A DNA stretch of 64,000 bases from a virus (IMGVR_UViG_3300021086_000004:1-64000), one strand, 5' to 3'. Counted from the stretch's first letter, positions 35,626-44,592 are shown. Numbers and translations: made by a program. Notes: generated by a model from the sequence alone, not told the origin.

Positions 35626-35838
35626 TCAGTTCGAGGACTGGCGCGGCACGTTCAGGAACTCTTCGAGCGCGGACCGCTCATCGGTGAAGACGACGTCGAG
35701 CGTTACGGTCACGTCGGGCAGGCCGTCGAGCCGGTCGGCCAGCAGCGCCCGCTGCTCTTCCGTCATCCCGGCGGTGACGTCGTTGGCGTCCTGGCCAGCG
35801 GCCTGCATCTTGGCCCGCATGCCCTCGTGCTTGGTCAC
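35626..35838 (-). CDS. Hypothetical protein
   Basis: GTGA overlap. Confidence 0.6.
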   Translation of the reverse strand: MTKHEGMRAKMQAAGQDANDVTAGMTEEQRALLADRLDGLPDVTVTLDVVFTDERSALEEFLNVPRQSSN

Positions 35839-36365
35839 GTCGTCTCCCTGGGTGGTTCATCGGCGATGTCCAGGTCGGCTCTGACGGTAGCGGCGAAAGC
35901 GGAGAGAGCGTCGAGCCGCGCGTGGGCATCGGCCAGGAGTGCCCCCTGCGCTTCCCGTGCCTGCGCGAGAGCGGCATCTGTCCGTGCAACTTCCCGGCCG
36001 CGCGCGCTGTTCGGGTTCTCGGGGCAGTCGTGCCGGGAGTGCCACCTGCGGACGTACGAGTCGGACCGGCTGTACCGCACGTACCGGACCGTCTCGAACA
36101 CCCTGGCCGCGATGTCGAGTACGACAGGGAGCGTGAACACGCCGCAGACCACGGCCGGCCAAGCCCAGCCCACGTGCTGGTCGCGGAAGTCCAGCGTGAG
36201 CGCGCCGAAGATCAGGGAGATGAACCCGAACAGGGCCATGAACAGGACTTCGGCGAGACCTTCGAGTCCGTCGAGGCTGGGCAGTTGCGGGACGTTCAGG
36301 CAGCGCGGTTCGGGGTCCGGGTCGAGGCTGAGACTGGTCCAGGCGGTGGGGGTGTTCTTGGTCAT
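35835..36365 (-). CDS. Two-TM membrane protein with coiled-coil tail
   Basis: LFMALFGFISLIFGAL and WAWPAVVCGVFTLPVVL; ATGA overlap. Confidence 0.65.
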   Translation of the reverse strand: MTKNTPTAWTSLSLDPDPEPRCLNVPQLPSLDGLEGLAEVLFMALFGFISLIFGALTLDFRDQHVGWAWPAVVCGVFTLPVVLDIAARVFETVRYVRYSRSDSYVRRWHSRHDCPENPNSARGREVARTDAALAQAREAQGALLADAHARLDALSAFAATVRADLDIADEPPRETT

Positions 36366-37228
36366 CGTCGGTGTCCGTTCGTCCGGTGGGGTTTGTGGGT
36401 GGGGCAGGGCACGGGCCGGTCGGGGTCTCCGAGCCAGCCACCGACGCAGCCATGCGCGCACGGCTCGGCAGCCGGAGGGCCATGCCCGTTGACGTGCGGC
36501 GGGAGCGGAGTCGGCTCGGCCCAGGCCCGCCAGTCGGGAATCACAGCCGCGAACCCGCCGCGGTCGCCGAGCGATGCGATGAGCCCGCCGGGGCTGGTCG
36601 CACCCCGCGCCTCGTGGAGGAACTGCTCGATCGACGGACGGTCGCTGGCCGGGATGCCGTGGGCTGCCAGCACCCGATCCGCCTTGTCGCTGCCGTTGCC
36701 GTTGGACTTCGAGGAGCTAGCTAGCTGAGTAGAGGAGAAGCTAAGAGCAGGGACCCCCAACTGGGGGAGCAACGAATCCCGGACGGGGGAGCAACTGACC
36801 CCAACTGGGGGAGCAACGCCATCTGTTGCTCCCCCAGTTGGGGGAGCGTTAGCCCCTCCCCCGGCCTCCTGTTGCACCCCCGCCTGGGGGAGCAACGCTC
36901 GGGCGAGTGCGCCGATGTCATAGGTCGTCTGCCGGCCAAAGCAGCAGAACAGCGGCTGCCCCGACTTCTTCACGCCGATCTGAACCCTCGTCTCGAACTC
37001 CGTGCCGGCCAACTTGTCCAGCGCCTTCCCGGCCTGCTTCTCGCTGGTCAGGCCAACCCGTCGCGCGACGATCACGAGCAGGCTGTCGGCCTCGCCCCAC
37101 TGGCCGCTGAACGCCAGTCCGGTCTCATCCTTCGCAAGGTCGGCCAGTTCGAGCAGCACCGAGCGTCGTGAGCCCTGAAGGCTTGTCGGCAGCGCGTCGG
37201 CCAGCGCGCGACGCAACTGGTAGCCCAT
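36362..37228 (-). CDS. Rep-like replication initiator with intragenic iterons
   Basis: N-terminal LLELADLA wHTH, repeat-encoded linker, C-terminal CAHGC...CPTH zinc motif. Confidence 0.65.
   Translation of the reverse strand: MGYQLRRALADALPTSLQGSRRSVLLELADLAKDETGLAFSGQWGEADSLLVIVARRVGLTSEKQAGKALDKLAGTEFETRVQIGVKKSGQPLFCCFGRQTTYDIGALARALLPQAGVQQEAGGGANAPPTGGATDGVAPPVGVSCSPVRDSLLPQLGVPALSFSSTQLASSSKSNGNGSDKADRVLAAHGIPASDRPSIEQFLHEARGATSPGGLIASLGDRGGFAAVIPDWRAWAEPTPLPPHVNGHGPPAAEPCAHGCVGGWLGDPDRPVPCPTHKPHRTNGHRR
36757..36897. repeat. Iteron array, putative origin
   Basis: GGGGGAGCAA at 36763, 36785, 36807 (22-bp period) and 36886; inverted copy at 36826; variants at 36840 and 36871. Confidence 0.8.
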
Positions 37229-37280
37229 GCGGACACTCCGTCCCTTACTGCGCTGCACGGGGCAGCGGCGCGCGGACGGG

Positions 37281-37508
37281 TCAGGCGGAGCGGGCGATCT
37301 GCTTGGAGATCCTGTCCAGCAGGTCCACCCAGTCATCGAGCCGGCGGCCGGTGGGCTTACCAAGGCCGGTCTCCCACCGGACGATGGAGTTCTCGTGGAC
37401 GCGCAACTCCTGCGCCATGCGCTGCCGGGACCAGCCGAAGTCCTCGCGGAGTTGCCGGGCGGCAGCAGCGTCGAGGGTGGTGGGGCTGGGCAACACGTCG
37501 TCAGACAT
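37281..37508 (-). CDS. XRE/Cro-like HTH regulator (paralog of 5499-5735)
   Basis: ARQLREDFGWSRQRMAQELRVHENSIVRWETG; TAAGAT-N6-ATG leaderless. Confidence 0.85.
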   Translation of the reverse strand: MSDDVLPSPTTLDAAAARQLREDFGWSRQRMAQELRVHENSIVRWETGLGKPTGRRLDDWVDLLDRISKQIARSA

Positions 37509-37754
37509 GCGCCGATCTTACAGGGTTAGGCACAGTCTCGGGGCTATCTTGGCTAGAGCAGACTTCCGGGCGACAGTTCACCGTTCGGTAAACCAGGACG
37601 GTTGGGGCCGGCTCGCTACCCTCTCCGCAGGGAAGGAAGTGCTGCCGCGGTGGCGCGGGTTGATCACCGCGTTGTTACTCCAGGGGCGCCAGCGGGACTA
37701 AGACGCAGGGGCTTGAGCCAGAAGCTGTCGTGTACCCGCTGGCCCTTCCCGCCC

Positions 37755-37786
37755 AAGCAAACGGCCCCCGTTGCAGCGGGGGCCGT
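37755..37786 (-). terminator. Intrinsic terminator
   Basis: ACGGCCCCCG-N6-CGGGGGCCGT followed by TTTGCTT on the minus strand. Confidence 0.75.
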
Positions 37787-37831
37787 CCTGTACGCGCTCC
37801 GATCCACCCTCACGATACCGCCGCGCCGCCC

Positions 37832-38146
37832 TCAGTCGGGCCATTCGGCGAGCCAGCAGTCCGGCGCGAACAGGTACTCACGCAGCACGTACACCACCCG
37901 CCGGTTCACCCCGTCGACCGTGAGCACCGCGCCGCCGGGCCACCCACCTGGGCGCTCCTGGTACCGGACGTGCTCGTTGTACCGGCCGGCCCGCAGTTCC
38001 TCGACCAGTTCGTTCGTGAGCCACACCCGGGGGTCGGCGTGCTCGACAGACAGGAGCCCCCGCATGGTCCCGTCGGCCGGCTTGACGACCAGCCGGCCAG
38101 GCGCCACGCCACTCGGCAGACTGCGGAACCCGCCCGCATTGATCAC
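37832..38146 (-). CDS. Hypothetical protein
   Basis: GTGA overlap; ends before the terminator. Confidence 0.65.
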   Translation of the reverse strand: MINAGGFRSLPSGVAPGRLVVKPADGTMRGLLSVEHADPRVWLTNELVEELRAGRYNEHVRYQERPGGWPGGAVLTVDGVNRRVVYVLREYLFAPDCWLAEWPD

Positions 38147-38628
38147 GTCAGCCGGTCGGGCTGTCCGGCTAGCAGCGCGCGTTTCACCCGGAGCCGTTCA
38201 AGTTCGGCTTCAACGACCGCACCATGGGATTTCCACCACCACCGCGAGACCAACTCTTGCATGACCATCAGCACGCACAGCAGGGCGACAACCCCCAGGG
38301 CCACTGAGATCGCACGTATCCAGCCGACTCCCGACAGCCACGAGCCATACGCGGCGACAGTCAGGACGGCGCCGCCGACGATCTCTACGCCGATCACCGT
38401 CTTTTCGTCACCCCGGGAGACCCTCCCCAGGGGTAGATCACCCCACGAGTTCAGTTCCGTCTCCAGCAAGAGCAGCGCGTGCGATTGCATCACGATCAGA
38501 TCCTCGACATATCTAACGGCTGGCGCCAGGCGTTCCCGCTCGCTCAGGCCGTTCAATAGCCGTAGGTTCTCGGTCAGCGCGCGGCGCAGACTGTCGACGT
38601 CACTATCCTCCGGGTGGACAGTCGACAT
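38143..38628 (-). CDS. Two-TM membrane protein
   Basis: IVGGAVLTVAAYGSWL and ISVALGVVALLCVLMVM; lower GC. Confidence 0.6.
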   Translation of the reverse strand: MSTVHPEDSDVDSLRRALTENLRLLNGLSERERLAPAVRYVEDLIVMQSHALLLLETELNSWGDLPLGRVSRGDEKTVIGVEIVGGAVLTVAAYGSWLSGVGWIRAISVALGVVALLCVLMVMQELVSRWWWKSHGAVVEAELERLRVKRALLAGQPDRLT

Positions 38629-38669
38629 CGCTCTTGCAGCTCTCGCGGCCAGGACCACAATCGCGCCGG

Positions 38670-39023
38670 TCACCCCAGGACGGTGAACTGCGCCGCCGGG
38701 AGGATCACGATCCGCGGCCACAACTCAGGCGGAACCTTCCCCCGGACATCCGCCACGTACTGCTCGAACTGCGCCGACGTCATCTGCGGGTCGGTCCTGA
38801 TCATCACGAACTGCCGGGCCGGGTCCACCGCCATCACCTGCACCGCCCCGGGCGGCAACGTCACCGTGAGCGCCGGGCTCGGCGGCGGCTTCCCGTCGGC
38901 CTGTGCGGTCGCGCTGGCCGCAGCAGGCGCGGTCTGGACCGGGCCGTTCGACGCGGGCGGGGGGAACGGCGGACCCGGCCACCCCGTCCCCGACGTGCCG
39001 CCCTCCGCGTACGGCGAACTCAC
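38670..39023 (-). CDS. Hypothetical protein
   Basis: GTGA overlap. Confidence 0.55.
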   Translation of the reverse strand: MSSPYAEGGTSGTGWPGPPFPPPASNGPVQTAPAAASATAQADGKPPPSPALTVTLPPGAVQVMAVDPARQFVMIRTDPQMTSAQFEQYVADVRGKVPPELWPRIVILPAAQFTVLG

Positions 39024-39220
39024 CGCACACCACCCGCAGGTAACGCCGCATCGAGAGACCCGGCGACGACGAACAGGTGCGCCGCCCAATGCTGGGCCAG
39101 CAACTGCCCGCACACGCCGCACGGCATCACCGCGGACTGAGCGGTCGCCGACGTCGGACCCGGGGTCGGGCGAGCGACCTGCGGCGCCCCGGTCTGGGGC
39201 AGCCTGGGCCGGCCGTTCAC
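39020..39220 (-). CDS. Small hypothetical protein (CxxC)
   Basis: Coupled. Confidence 0.5.
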   Translation of the reverse strand: MNGRPRLPQTGAPQVARPTPGPTSATAQSAVMPCGVCGQLLAQHWAAHLFVVAGSLDAALPAGGVR

Positions 39221-39426
39221 CCGATCACTCCCGACGACACCACGTCACCCGAAGGCGGCGCCTCGTGGACCCCGTACCCGAACACCATCCGGTGCACCAC
39301 CCGCTCGATCACCCGGTCAGGCATCCCCTCCGCGCGCATCGATTCCCGTGTCAGGTCCAGCCACGACCGCATCAGGGCCTCGTTGCCGGGTGACCCACCC
39401 GGGTCCTCCGCAGGCTCACCGCTCAC
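39217..39426 (-). CDS. Hypothetical protein
   Basis: GGAGG RBS; coupled. Confidence 0.55.
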   Translation of the reverse strand: MSGEPAEDPGGSPGNEALMRSWLDLTRESMRAEGMPDRVIERVVHRMVFGYGVHEAPPSGDVVSSGVIG

Positions 39427-39725
39427 ACCGCACCTCCGTCCAGCCGCCCGCCGGCCATCTCCCGGCCGTCGGAGTCCAACATCATCCACCGATACGGGTC
39501 GAGCTCGGGGTCGAGCACGACCGGCACGCCGAACAGCCCGGTCACCTTCGGCAGGCTCCACACGAAGTACTGCCCACTGCCCGCGCGCAAGGCGGACCAG
39601 ACCTGGATCTGGCTCCACGCCTCCGCGCCCACCTTCAACTGCGCCGCGACCGGGCGACCGCCGCCGGCCTCCCGGGCCAACGCCACCACCTCGGCCACCG
39701 ACAGCCCAGCCGTGGACCGCGCCAT
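39423..39725 (-). CDS. Hypothetical protein
   Basis: Follows TerL; LFGVPVVLD motif. Confidence 0.6.
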   Translation of the reverse strand: MARSTAGLSVAEVVALAREAGGGRPVAAQLKVGAEAWSQIQVWSALRAGSGQYFVWSLPKVTGLFGVPVVLDPELDPYRWMMLDSDGREMAGGRLDGGAV

Positions 39726-39736
39726 GCCGTCGTCGC

Positions 39737-41134
39737 TCAACCGCTCATCCATCTCATTCTGGGTTGAGCCCCCATATCCAACTCGGCGACTACGTACCGC
39801 CCGGCATCGGCGCCGTGGTCGTTTTCCTTTAGCGGCTGCTCTTTCGGGGCCTTCCCCGCGCCCGTGTCCCACACGTACCCGGGGAACTCCTCCTCCGTGC
39901 ATGTCGGTTTCGCCGCATCCGCCAGCACCGGGTCCGGGTCGTGCTGCCGGGCGTCGCGCATCACGAACAGCCGCGGCTTGCCGTCCGCCGCCGGCCGCAG
40001 CCGCGCCGCGAAAGCCTCGATCCCCTCGCTGACGTTCTTGTTCGCCGCCACCGTGCTCATCCCCAGGTGGCGTTCCAACGTGGCCCGACCTTCCGCGTCG
40101 TGGTCACACACGATCCGCGACGGGCGCGGCTCCCGCCACTCCCGCCGGCCGTCCGCTATCTCCGCGAGCGGGTCCTCGCCGTCGCCCTTCACGCCTTTCG
40201 GGAGCCGGGTCACGTACCGCAGGATCTGCCGGGCGTGGTCTTCCACCAGGCAGCCTGTCAGGTAGATCTCACGGTGAAGCCAAAGCCTGCCGTCATTATC
40301 CACCGCCCAGTCCTGCCAGCAGAACGGGTTCCGGTGGCCGAAGTCGACAACCCAGATCCGTCGCCAATCATTGGCCGGCCAGAACCTGTCGACGACGTGC
40401 ACCGCGGCGTCCCATTCTGGGTATACCACGCCCTCGGACGACGACCACTGCCCCAGGTAAAGCCTGCCACGGCGGGCGCCGGTCAGCTTCGCGAGCTTCC
40501 CTTCGATGTAGTCCCGGCCCTCGTCAGTCAACTCACCGGCGGCCGTGTAGTAGCGGGGGTTGTCTTTGTGCCGGGAGAGGAGCCGGACCGTCTGGCCTCT
40601 ATTGCAGCGCTGGTTCAACCAGTGCGTGGGTTTATCCGGATTTGCGTCTGCGATTAGCTGCTGGAACCGGAGCCGGCCGAACCGCAGCCGAGTCGTCAAC
40701 GCCTCGAAATCGTCCTCCGTGAACTCCGTGGATTCCCCCGCGTAGATCACGTCGTACTCACTTGACATGATCTTGGACGCCTTATCGAGCCCGCCGATCA
40801 TGATGAGCGACCCATTTGAGTACTGGTACTGCGGCGGCTTCCGCTGATTCCCCCCGAAATACACAACCGTCTTGTTCCCCAACAGTTCCGGGATGACCAG
40901 CTTCTCCCACGTCACCAGCGTCGTCGCCCCCAACGACCGGCCCGTCTTCCGCACGATCAGCCCGCGCATACCCGGGGTCGCCAGCGCCAGCAGGTTCAGC
41001 CGCTCAAGGCAGGCCATCGTCTTCCCCGTCCCCGCCGGCCCGTCCATCAGGACTTCCGGGCCGCGCTCGGAGAAGAGCTGCCGGGCGGCGCCGCGGGGGG
41101 CGTACCGGTGTTCGACCAGCGTGGGGGCGGTCAT
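39737..41134 (-). CDS. terL: Terminase large subunit (PBSX-like)
   Basis: Walker A GPAGTGKT, GSLIMIGGLD, ANP..PTHWL, VDFG nuclease motif, NDHGADAGRY. Confidence 0.95.
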   Translation of the reverse strand: MTAPTLVEHRYAPRGAARQLFSERGPEVLMDGPAGTGKTMACLERLNLLALATPGMRGLIVRKTGRSLGATTLVTWEKLVIPELLGNKTVVYFGGNQRKPPQYQYSNGSLIMIGGLDKASKIMSSEYDVIYAGESTEFTEDDFEALTTRLRFGRLRFQQLIADANPDKPTHWLNQRCNRGQTVRLLSRHKDNPRYYTAAGELTDEGRDYIEGKLAKLTGARRGRLYLGQWSSSEGVVYPEWDAAVHVVDRFWPANDWRRIWVVDFGHRNPFCWQDWAVDNDGRLWLHREIYLTGCLVEDHARQILRYVTRLPKGVKGDGEDPLAEIADGRREWREPRPSRIVCDHDAEGRATLERHLGMSTVAANKNVSEGIEAFAARLRPAADGKPRLFVMRDARQHDPDPVLADAAKPTCTEEEFPGYVWDTGAGKAPKEQPLKENDHGADAGRYVVAELDMGAQPRMRWMSG

Positions 41135-41607
41135 GTCAGGTCGGCCGGGTCGACGCCTTCGATGATGTACGTGACGACGGTGCCCGTTGTCGAGACCGGC
41201 GCGTCGAGACCGAGTAGCCGCGCCTCGCGTTCGTCGAGGGCCTTGAGCCGGTCGACGGCGCGGAGGATGGGGGCGTCGTCGAGTAGCGGGTTGCCGTCGG
41301 GGCCGTGGATGATCTCGCCGTTGTTGACGGTATAGTGGAATGCTTCGAGTACGCCGATGACGGCTTTGCGTTGCATGTCGATGGAGGCGAGTTGCTTCTC
41401 GCGGTACTGGTCGAGGGAGAGGGCGAGGTGTTCGCGTCGCTGGTCGAGGGCGCGGCGCATGTCGGTGATGGCGGATTGGCGTGAGTCGTAGCCGAGTGTG
41501 TCGGCTATTTCTTGCCAGGTGATGCCGCGGTTGCGGAGGCGGATGACTTCTTCGCGGCGGGCGGTGATGTCTGACGGTGGCGGGTCTTGTGGGGTGGCAC
41601 CTGTCAC
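41131..41607 (-). CDS. terS: Terminase small subunit
   Basis: HTH RLRNRGITWQEIADTLGY; REARLLGLDAP; directly upstream of terL. Confidence 0.85.
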   Translation of the reverse strand: MTGATPQDPPPSDITARREEVIRLRNRGITWQEIADTLGYDSRQSAITDMRRALDQRREHLALSLDQYREKQLASIDMQRKAVIGVLEAFHYTVNNGEIIHGPDGNPLLDDAPILRAVDRLKALDEREARLLGLDAPVSTTGTVVTYIIEGVDPADLT

Positions 41608-41921
41608 TGGTCGCAGCCAGCTTTGGCGGCTTCCCTGGACCACTGCACGACCCAGGCGTAGTGCTGCGTTTCGGTGGATCCTGCGGATCCATTCATGTCC
41701 TTGCGGAATAACCCGAGCCGTATGCCCTCGGCTATGTCGTGCCGTACCTGCTTGAAGAATGCGTGGCCGAGTTCTTCGGTGAACACGCCGCTGAGGATCA
41801 GCCGCCTGCATAGCAGGCGCGAAAATGAATCGACTGAGAAGGTGCTCTCGTCCGCAGACCGACGGACCGGCGTGAAGGGGATGGGTCCGATAGCGCAGTC
41901 GCCTGTTGGCTGGCTAGTCAC
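41604..41921 (-). CDS. Hypothetical protein
   Basis: GTGA overlaps; lower GC. Confidence 0.45.
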   Translation of the reverse strand: MTSQPTGDCAIGPIPFTPVRRSADESTFSVDSFSRLLCRRLILSGVFTEELGHAFFKQVRHDIAEGIRLGLFRKDMNGSAGSTETQHYAWVVQWSREAAKAGCDQ

Positions 41922-42046
41922 GGGTGCCGTCTGCGTTGTTCGAGCCATTGGTTGATGGCTGCGACCCGCCGGTCGTCGTTGACGGCCCACGCGGTCGCGG
42001 CGCAGAGGGCGGTGGCTACCGCGATGGTGGCGAGCGGGATTAGCAC
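41918..42046 (-). CDS. Small membrane protein (not in the ORF track)
   Basis: AGGAG RBS; VLIPLATIAVATALCATAWAV; 42 aa. Confidence 0.5.
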   Translation of the reverse strand: MLIPLATIAVATALCAATAWAVNDDRRVAAINQWLEQRRRHP

Positions 42047-42318
42047 TGCGGCTCCTGCGCACTCCGGAGCTTGCCGACGGTGAGCGTGCGGCCTTCCGTG
42101 GTGACTGTGCGGCCTTGCCAGCCGAGGGTGTCGGCGAGTTCGCGGATCTGCTGGTCGGTGGCGTCGTCGGCGAAGTCGAGGGTCCAGGCTTCGTCGTCGG
42201 CGCGGGTGGTGGCGGTGAGGTGCGGCTCAGCGTTACGGGCGAGCCGTCGGGTGGCGAGGGCCGCGGCTATGGTGCCGATTGCGAGGGCGAGCCCGGCGGC
42301 CCATTGTGCGCCGGTCAC
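42040..42318 (-). CDS. N-terminal TM hypothetical protein
   Basis: Coupled. Confidence 0.6.
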   Translation of the reverse strand: MTGAQWAAGLALAIGTIAAALATRRLARNAEPHLTATTRADDEAWTLDFADDATDQQIRELADTLGWQGRTVTTEGRTLTVGKLRSAQEPQC

Positions 42319-42644
42319 GGAATGTCCTGGGGGTCGATCGGGATGGCGACCCAGGTGGTGATCTGCTGGCCGCCGGCTTCGGCGGTGAACGGTTCGGGCG
42401 GGTTGCCGATGAACCGGGGCGGTGCGGCGGTGCTGAGCTGGTACCAGCCAGCCCGCCACGAGACCCAGTCGCTGGCGCCCAGTTCGGCCAGGGACGGCGT
42501 CGCCGTCAGCGGGGTCTCGGCGCCGCAGGTCTGGCACCAGAATTCGTCCGTCCCGTCGCCGGCTTCGCGTGACTGGCCGTCGGTCCACGGCGCCACCCGG
42601 TCACACCGTGGGCACTGATAGGCGGCCGGCTGCGGGTCGGTCAT
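42315..42644 (-). CDS. Zinc-finger protein
   Basis: CPRC...CQTC. Confidence 0.65.
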   Translation of the reverse strand: MTDPQPAAYQCPRCDRVAPWTDGQSREAGDGTDEFWCQTCGAETPLTATPSLAELGASDWVSWRAGWYQLSTAAPPRFIGNPPEPFTAEAGGQQITTWVAIPIDPQDIP

Positions 42645-42898
42645 GGCCGGCCTCCGTAGCGGCGTGCGGCCGATGCGGTCATCGAACTCAGGTGCCAGTG
42701 GTCGCCGCAGCGTCGGGTCCGCGTGGGCGCGGTGGTCCGTGATGCGCGTGCGGTGGCGCGGACGCGGTCGAGGGCGGCCTGTGCGGTGGGCTGGTCGGGG
42801 TAGGCGACCTTGCCGGTCGCGGCGCAGCGGTGCCCCTCGTCGCCGTCGAGTTCGGCGCGGAGCCGGGTCATGTTGATCGGGTACGCGGGCCGGCTCAC
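42641..42898 (-). CDS. Conserved Zn-binding phage protein
   Basis: CAATGKVAY...CGDHWHLSS. Confidence 0.7.
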   Translation of the reverse strand: MSRPAYPINMTRLRAELDGDEGHRCAATGKVAYPDQPTAQAALDRVRATARASRTTAPTRTRRCGDHWHLSSMTASAARRYGGRP

Positions 42899-43125
42899 GG
42901 GACGTCACCCCGGCCGGGTTCGACGAGGCCGTGTGGGGTGATCCCGCGGCGGACGACGGTGGGCGCGGTCTCGCGGTGACGCCGGGCTTCGCCGAGGAGG
43001 ACCCAGACAAGTTGTGCTTGGCTGCGCTGTTCGGCGCGGGCGGTGTTGCGGATCCAGTCGGCGAATTCGTCGGTGACGCGGGCGGTGACGGCTGCTGTTC
43101 TGGTGTCGTCTGCGGCCTCACCCAT
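42895..43125 (-). CDS. Ribbon-helix-helix (Arc-like) regulator
   Basis: VTARVTDEFADWIRNTARAEQRSQAQLV; TACAGT-N7-ATG. Confidence 0.7.
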   Translation of the reverse strand: MGEAADDTRTAAVTARVTDEFADWIRNTARAEQRSQAQLVWVLLGEARRHRETAPTVVRRGITPHGLVEPGRGDVP

Positions 43126-43209
43126 GCCGGCGACTGTACCTGTTCGTTGTCGTCCGTGTGTGGTCGTGGTGGCCGTAGCCCATGCCTGCGGGGTAGCCGG
43201 GGTCGGGGG

Positions 43210-43413
43210 TCATGGGTTCTCCTGGCGGTGGTCGTGGATGGCTTGCCGGAGGCGGTCGGCTCCTTGGTCGGTGACGGGGAGGTTGGCGTGGTGGCGGGCT
43301 CGGTCGCGTGCGGCCTGTCGTTTGCGGTTGGCTCCGGCGAGGGCGAGGAGGGCGACGCTGACGGCGAGCGCGAGCGCCCAGATGGCGCCGACCTGGGCGA
43401 GGTGCGTGATCAC
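43210..43413 (-). CDS. Small membrane protein
   Basis: N-terminal TM; coupled. Confidence 0.55.
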   Translation of the reverse strand: MITHLAQVGAIWALALAVSVALLALAGANRKRQAARDRARHHANLPVTDQGADRLRQAIHDHRQENP

Positions 43414-43667
43414 GTGGTGTCCTCCGGCTGGTCGTCGGGCTGGCGGTACATGGCGCCCATGAGCCGGGCTACTGCCGCTGTCCGCTCGGGCGTGACGTCG
43501 GCGAGCAGAGCGTCGAGCTCGGCCGGGTCGCTCGGGATGCGGAGTTCGGGGGTGGACTGGGCGGGTGCCGGCTGCCCGGTCATGGCTGCGTAGTCGGCGG
43601 GATGGACGGCGTCGTACGGGTAGTCCGGCTCGCGGTTGAACGCGGCCCGGATCTCGTCGCCGGTCAT
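43410..43667 (-). CDS. Hypothetical protein
   Basis: GAGGAG RBS; coupled. Confidence 0.55.
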   Translation of the reverse strand: MTGDEIRAAFNREPDYPYDAVHPADYAAMTGQPAPAQSTPELRIPSDPAELDALLADVTPERTAAVARLMGAMYRQPDDQPEDTT

Positions 43668-43945
43668 GGCGTCTCCTCGGTCCGGGGCTGCCACCTGTCG
43701 GAGATGAGGTCTTGGTACACGGATTCGATCGCGTCCAGTTCGGTGCTGAGGACAGCGGCGCGGCGTTCGATCTCGGGGCAGACGGCGGTTTCGAGGGCGT
43801 GGTGCGGCTCGACGCAGGCGAGCCGCACGAGCGCGGCCTCACGGTCGATGTAGGCCTGGACGACGGCCTGGCTGGTACGGCCGGCCAGGGCTTTCGCCAG
43901 CGCCGCCGCGCCGGCCTGGACGTAGTCGGGTTGCGGGGCGGTCAC
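43664..43945 (-). CDS. Hypothetical protein
   Basis: GAGGAG RBS; coupled. Confidence 0.55.
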   Translation of the reverse strand: MTAPQPDYVQAGAAALAKALAGRTSQAVVQAYIDREAALVRLACVEPHHALETAVCPEIERRAAVLSTELDAIESVYQDLISDRWQPRTEETP

Positions 43946-44154
43946 GTCTCGGTCTCCTCGGTCGCGGGCCGGTCGGGGTTGAGTGTGCGTAGTCCGGCGA
44001 GGAGCCGGCGGAGGGTGTCGGGGTCGTTGGGGTCGAGGAGCCGGCTGTTGACCGCGTCCAGGTCGCGGAGGTCGACGATCATGCCCTCGCGTGGGCCGGC
44101 GGGTTCGGTCTGGCCACATCGCTCGCGCCACGCGGGTCGGTCGGTGCCGGTCAC
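43942..44154 (-). CDS. Hypothetical protein
   Basis: Coupled. Confidence 0.5.
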   Translation of the reverse strand: MTGTDRPAWRERCGQTEPAGPREGMIVDLRDLDAVNSRLLDPNDPDTLRRLLAGLRTLNPDRPATEETET

Positions 44155-44447
44155 GGCCCCTCCAGTTGCGCGCGGACCCGTTCGGGGGTCTGGTGGTCTG
44201 GGTTGTCGGGTGCCTGGCCGCAGATCCAACAAGGGTCAGCGACCCCGTTCATCGCCGCAGCGTGGTTGTAGCCCGGGCGCAGGTCGGACGGCGGTAGCTG
44301 CCAGCGGTGAGTTACCGCGTCGAGTGCTGTCGCGAGGGCTGCGTTCTCGGCCATGATCCGGACGAGTTGGTCGGTGAGGTAGGCCGCGGTCTCTTCGGGT
44401 GTCCGCCGACGCAGTCGAAACGGCTGCGCAATGTCGGGCTCAGCCAT
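44151..44447 (-). CDS. Hypothetical protein with C-terminal CxxC...H
   Basis: PCWICG...PDH. Confidence 0.6.
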   Translation of the reverse strand: MAEPDIAQPFRLRRRTPEETAAYLTDQLVRIMAENAALATALDAVTHRWQLPPSDLRPGYNHAAAMNGVADPCWICGQAPDNPDHQTPERVRAQLEGP

Positions 44448-44592
44448 GGTCGCGGTCCTTCCCGAGGTCGACAGGTCCGACGCGGATGGCGTCGGGGTGA
44501 ACGTTCCACTGTGCGGCGAGCGCCTCCCTCATTGCCGTGAGCAACGCGCCGAGCGGCTCGCGGGCTTCGGGCGCAACATCGGCCCGGCACAT
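44440..44592 (-). CDS. Small hypothetical protein
   Basis: TGATG overlap. Confidence 0.45.
   Translation of the reverse strand: MCRADVAPEAREPLGALLTAMREALAAQWNVHPDAIRVGPVDLGKDRDHG

Noticed and set aside
40710-40760. Terminase Walker B variant (VIYAGE) as an inactivating mutation
   Set aside because: The catalytic Glu is retained, and non-Asp residues before it occur in this terminase group; all other motifs are intact
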